A stretch of DNA of 64,000 nt from contig DATKEA010000102.1 of assembly GCA_035544615.1 (NCBI GenBank), forward strand, positions 4,015 through 68,014, in the 5' to 3' direction. The translations under genes and the position numbers were made by a program. Origin of the DNA: Acidimicrobiia bacterium (GTDB lineage: Bacteria; Actinomycetota; Acidimicrobiia; Spongiisociales; ZC4RG35). Below, one piece after another: positions 62,888-64,000 of the stretch (its first letter is position 1; every line of letters begins with the position of its first letter). The notes under the pieces were generated by a model. It was given only the letters and a program-made list of their open reading frames with translations. It searched no databases and was not told the origin of the DNA.

Positions 62888-64000
62888 ATGGTCATGAAGA
62901 TCACATACGCAACGATGTCGGCGGACAACGAGGAGCTGAACTCCTCGTACGAGACAGCGCTGGAGACGGTGAAACCACGTCTTGGCCACACCCACGGCGT
63001 GATCGTCAACGGCGAAGAGCGTAAGGACCGGGAGATCTTCGAGGAGGTCTCCCCCATCGACTCGAGCATCGTTGTCGGCAGGTATGCGCAGGCAACAACC
63101 ACGGACGTAGACGACGCGGTGACCGCGGCAAAGTCCTTTGCCCCCGAGTGGGAGAGTTGGGGCTGGGAACGCCGACGTGACCTGATGCTGAAGGCCGCCG
63201 ACCTGATGGATGCCGAGCTGTTCGAGTTGGGGGCCCTCCTTTCGTACGAGATCGGCAAGAACCGACTCGAGGCTCTAGGTGACGTGGCAGAGACGGTCGA
63301 GTTCCTCCGCTACTACGCCCGCCAGATGACCGAGCACAACGGGTTCATAACCCCCCTCAGCTCCCACGGGCCCGACGATGTCAACACCTCTGTGCTTCGA
63401 CCGTTCGGGGTCTGGGCAGTGATCTCACCATTCAACTTCCCGATGGCCCTGGCCGGCGGGCCTTCGACCGGCGCTCTGATCACCGGCAACACCGTTGTCG
63501 TCAAACCATCCAACGAGGGCGCGCTGATGGCGCTCGAGTTCCACCGCATAATGATGGAGGCCGGGCTCCCCAAACAGGCTCTCCACGTAGTCACCGGGGG
63601 CGACGAGATCGGCGACCACCTGGCGCATCACGATCTCGTCGACGGGCTCACCTTCACCGGCTCATATCCGGTCGGCATGTACCTCTACCGGACGGTCAAC
63701 GAGCAGCGCCCCAAGCCGGTGGCCTGTGAGATGGGTGGCAAGAACCCGGCGATCGTCACCGAGACCGCCGATCTCGATGTCGCCGCTCAGGGCATCGTGC
63801 GTGGGGCGTTCGGTCTCAGCGGGCAGAAGTGCAGCGCTACATCCCGGGTCTATGTCCACGAAGCGGTCTACGACCAGCTGGTGGAGAAGCTGGTCGAGGG
63901 GACCTCCAACCTGCGGGTGGGGAATCCGATGGAAAGAGACACCTTCATGGGGCCGGTCATCGACCGGGCAGCGGTGGAACGGTTCCAGAGGGCAGTCGAC
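62888..64000 (+). CDS. L-glutamate gamma-semialdehyde (P5C) dehydrogenase-like aldehyde dehydrogenase, 3'-truncated at the window end (absent from ORF track)
   Basis: ATG 62888 with GGGAG 5 nt upstream. Own translation: MVMKITYATMSADNEELN...FNFPMAL...EMGGKNP...SGQKCSA. Collinear with RocA/PruA-type ALDHs. No stop before nt 64000. Confidence 0.85.
   Translation, partial: MVMKITYATMSADNEELNSSYETALETVKPRLGHTHGVIVNGEERKDREIFEEVSPIDSSIVVGRYAQATTTDVDDAVTAAKSFAPEWESWGWERRRDLMLKAADLMDAELFELGALLSYEIGKNRLEALGDVAETVEFLRYYARQMTEHNGFITPLSSHGPDDVNTSVLRPFGVWAVISPFNFPMALAGGPSTGALITGNTVVVKPSNEGALMALEFHRIMMEAGLPKQALHVVTGGDEIGDHLAHHDLVDGLTFTGSYPVGMYLYRTVNEQRPKPVACEMGGKNPAIVTETADLDVAAQGIVRGAFGLSGQKCSATSRVYVHEAVYDQLVEKLVEGTSNLRVGNPMERDTFMGPVIDRAAVERFQRAVD

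Noticed and set aside
1-64000. Screen for CRISPR arrays, rRNA/tRNA, transposases, integrases, phage genes, restriction-modification, toxin-antitoxin or known defence systems, and for in-frame TGA selenoprotein genes
   Set aside because: None recognised on either strand. The window reads as core metabolic and respiratory genome, and the only mobile-looking feature is the small palindromic repeat family.

Overview
High-GC bacterial chromosome segment (about mid-60s %GC by eye) with Actinomycetota-like gene content: ClpS-DUF2017, XRE-HbhA-like pair, GlnE, Rv0338c-like Fe-S reductase and a CtaF-like segment. I support about 62 protein genes. Packing is dense and mostly co-directional, with at least 13 ATGA/GTGA/TTGA start-stop overlaps. 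Main blocks: (1) a caa3-type cytochrome c oxidase biogenesis supercluster on the minus strand (725-11982), with ctaB, ctaC (fused cytochrome c), ctaD, ctaE, subunit IV, ctaG, several lipoproteins, an unassigned 11-TM protein and a 55-codon ORF missing from the ORF track; (2) penicillin-acylase family gene; (3) minus-strand string selD-ferredoxin-hydrolase-aceK-molybdopterin oxidoreductase; (4) greA, mgtE, M23 peptidase, nadE, glnE, M20 hydrolase, VIT1; (5) XRE plus HbhA-like pair; (6) MocA/XdhC maturation genes, an eRF1/Pelota-like protein, clpS-DUF2017, Fe-S reductase, PRODH-proC; (7) an acyl-CoA metabolism cluster (thiolase, CoA-transferase, SDRs, thioesterase, MaoC, acyl-CoA carboxylase beta and alpha); (8) kbl, bcp, plsY, an orphan histidine kinase and a 3'-truncated P5C/aldehyde dehydrogenase running off the window. 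I recognised no rRNA, tRNA, CRISPR, transposase, integrase, restriction-modification, toxin-antitoxin or known defence genes, so this looks like core genome. The strongest unexplained signals are: a family of about 160-bp imperfect-palindromic intergenic elements (4 copies, one an exact internal-deletion derivative) inserted at CTAG-like sites that carry stop codons; the unassigned HxH-lipoprotein / polytopic membrane protein / 55-aa peptide module joined to ctaB; a translationally coupled orphan selD-ferredoxin-hydrolase unit; and a stand-alone eRF1-like protein with a zinc ribbon. All family assignments come from motif recognition by eye, with no database search.
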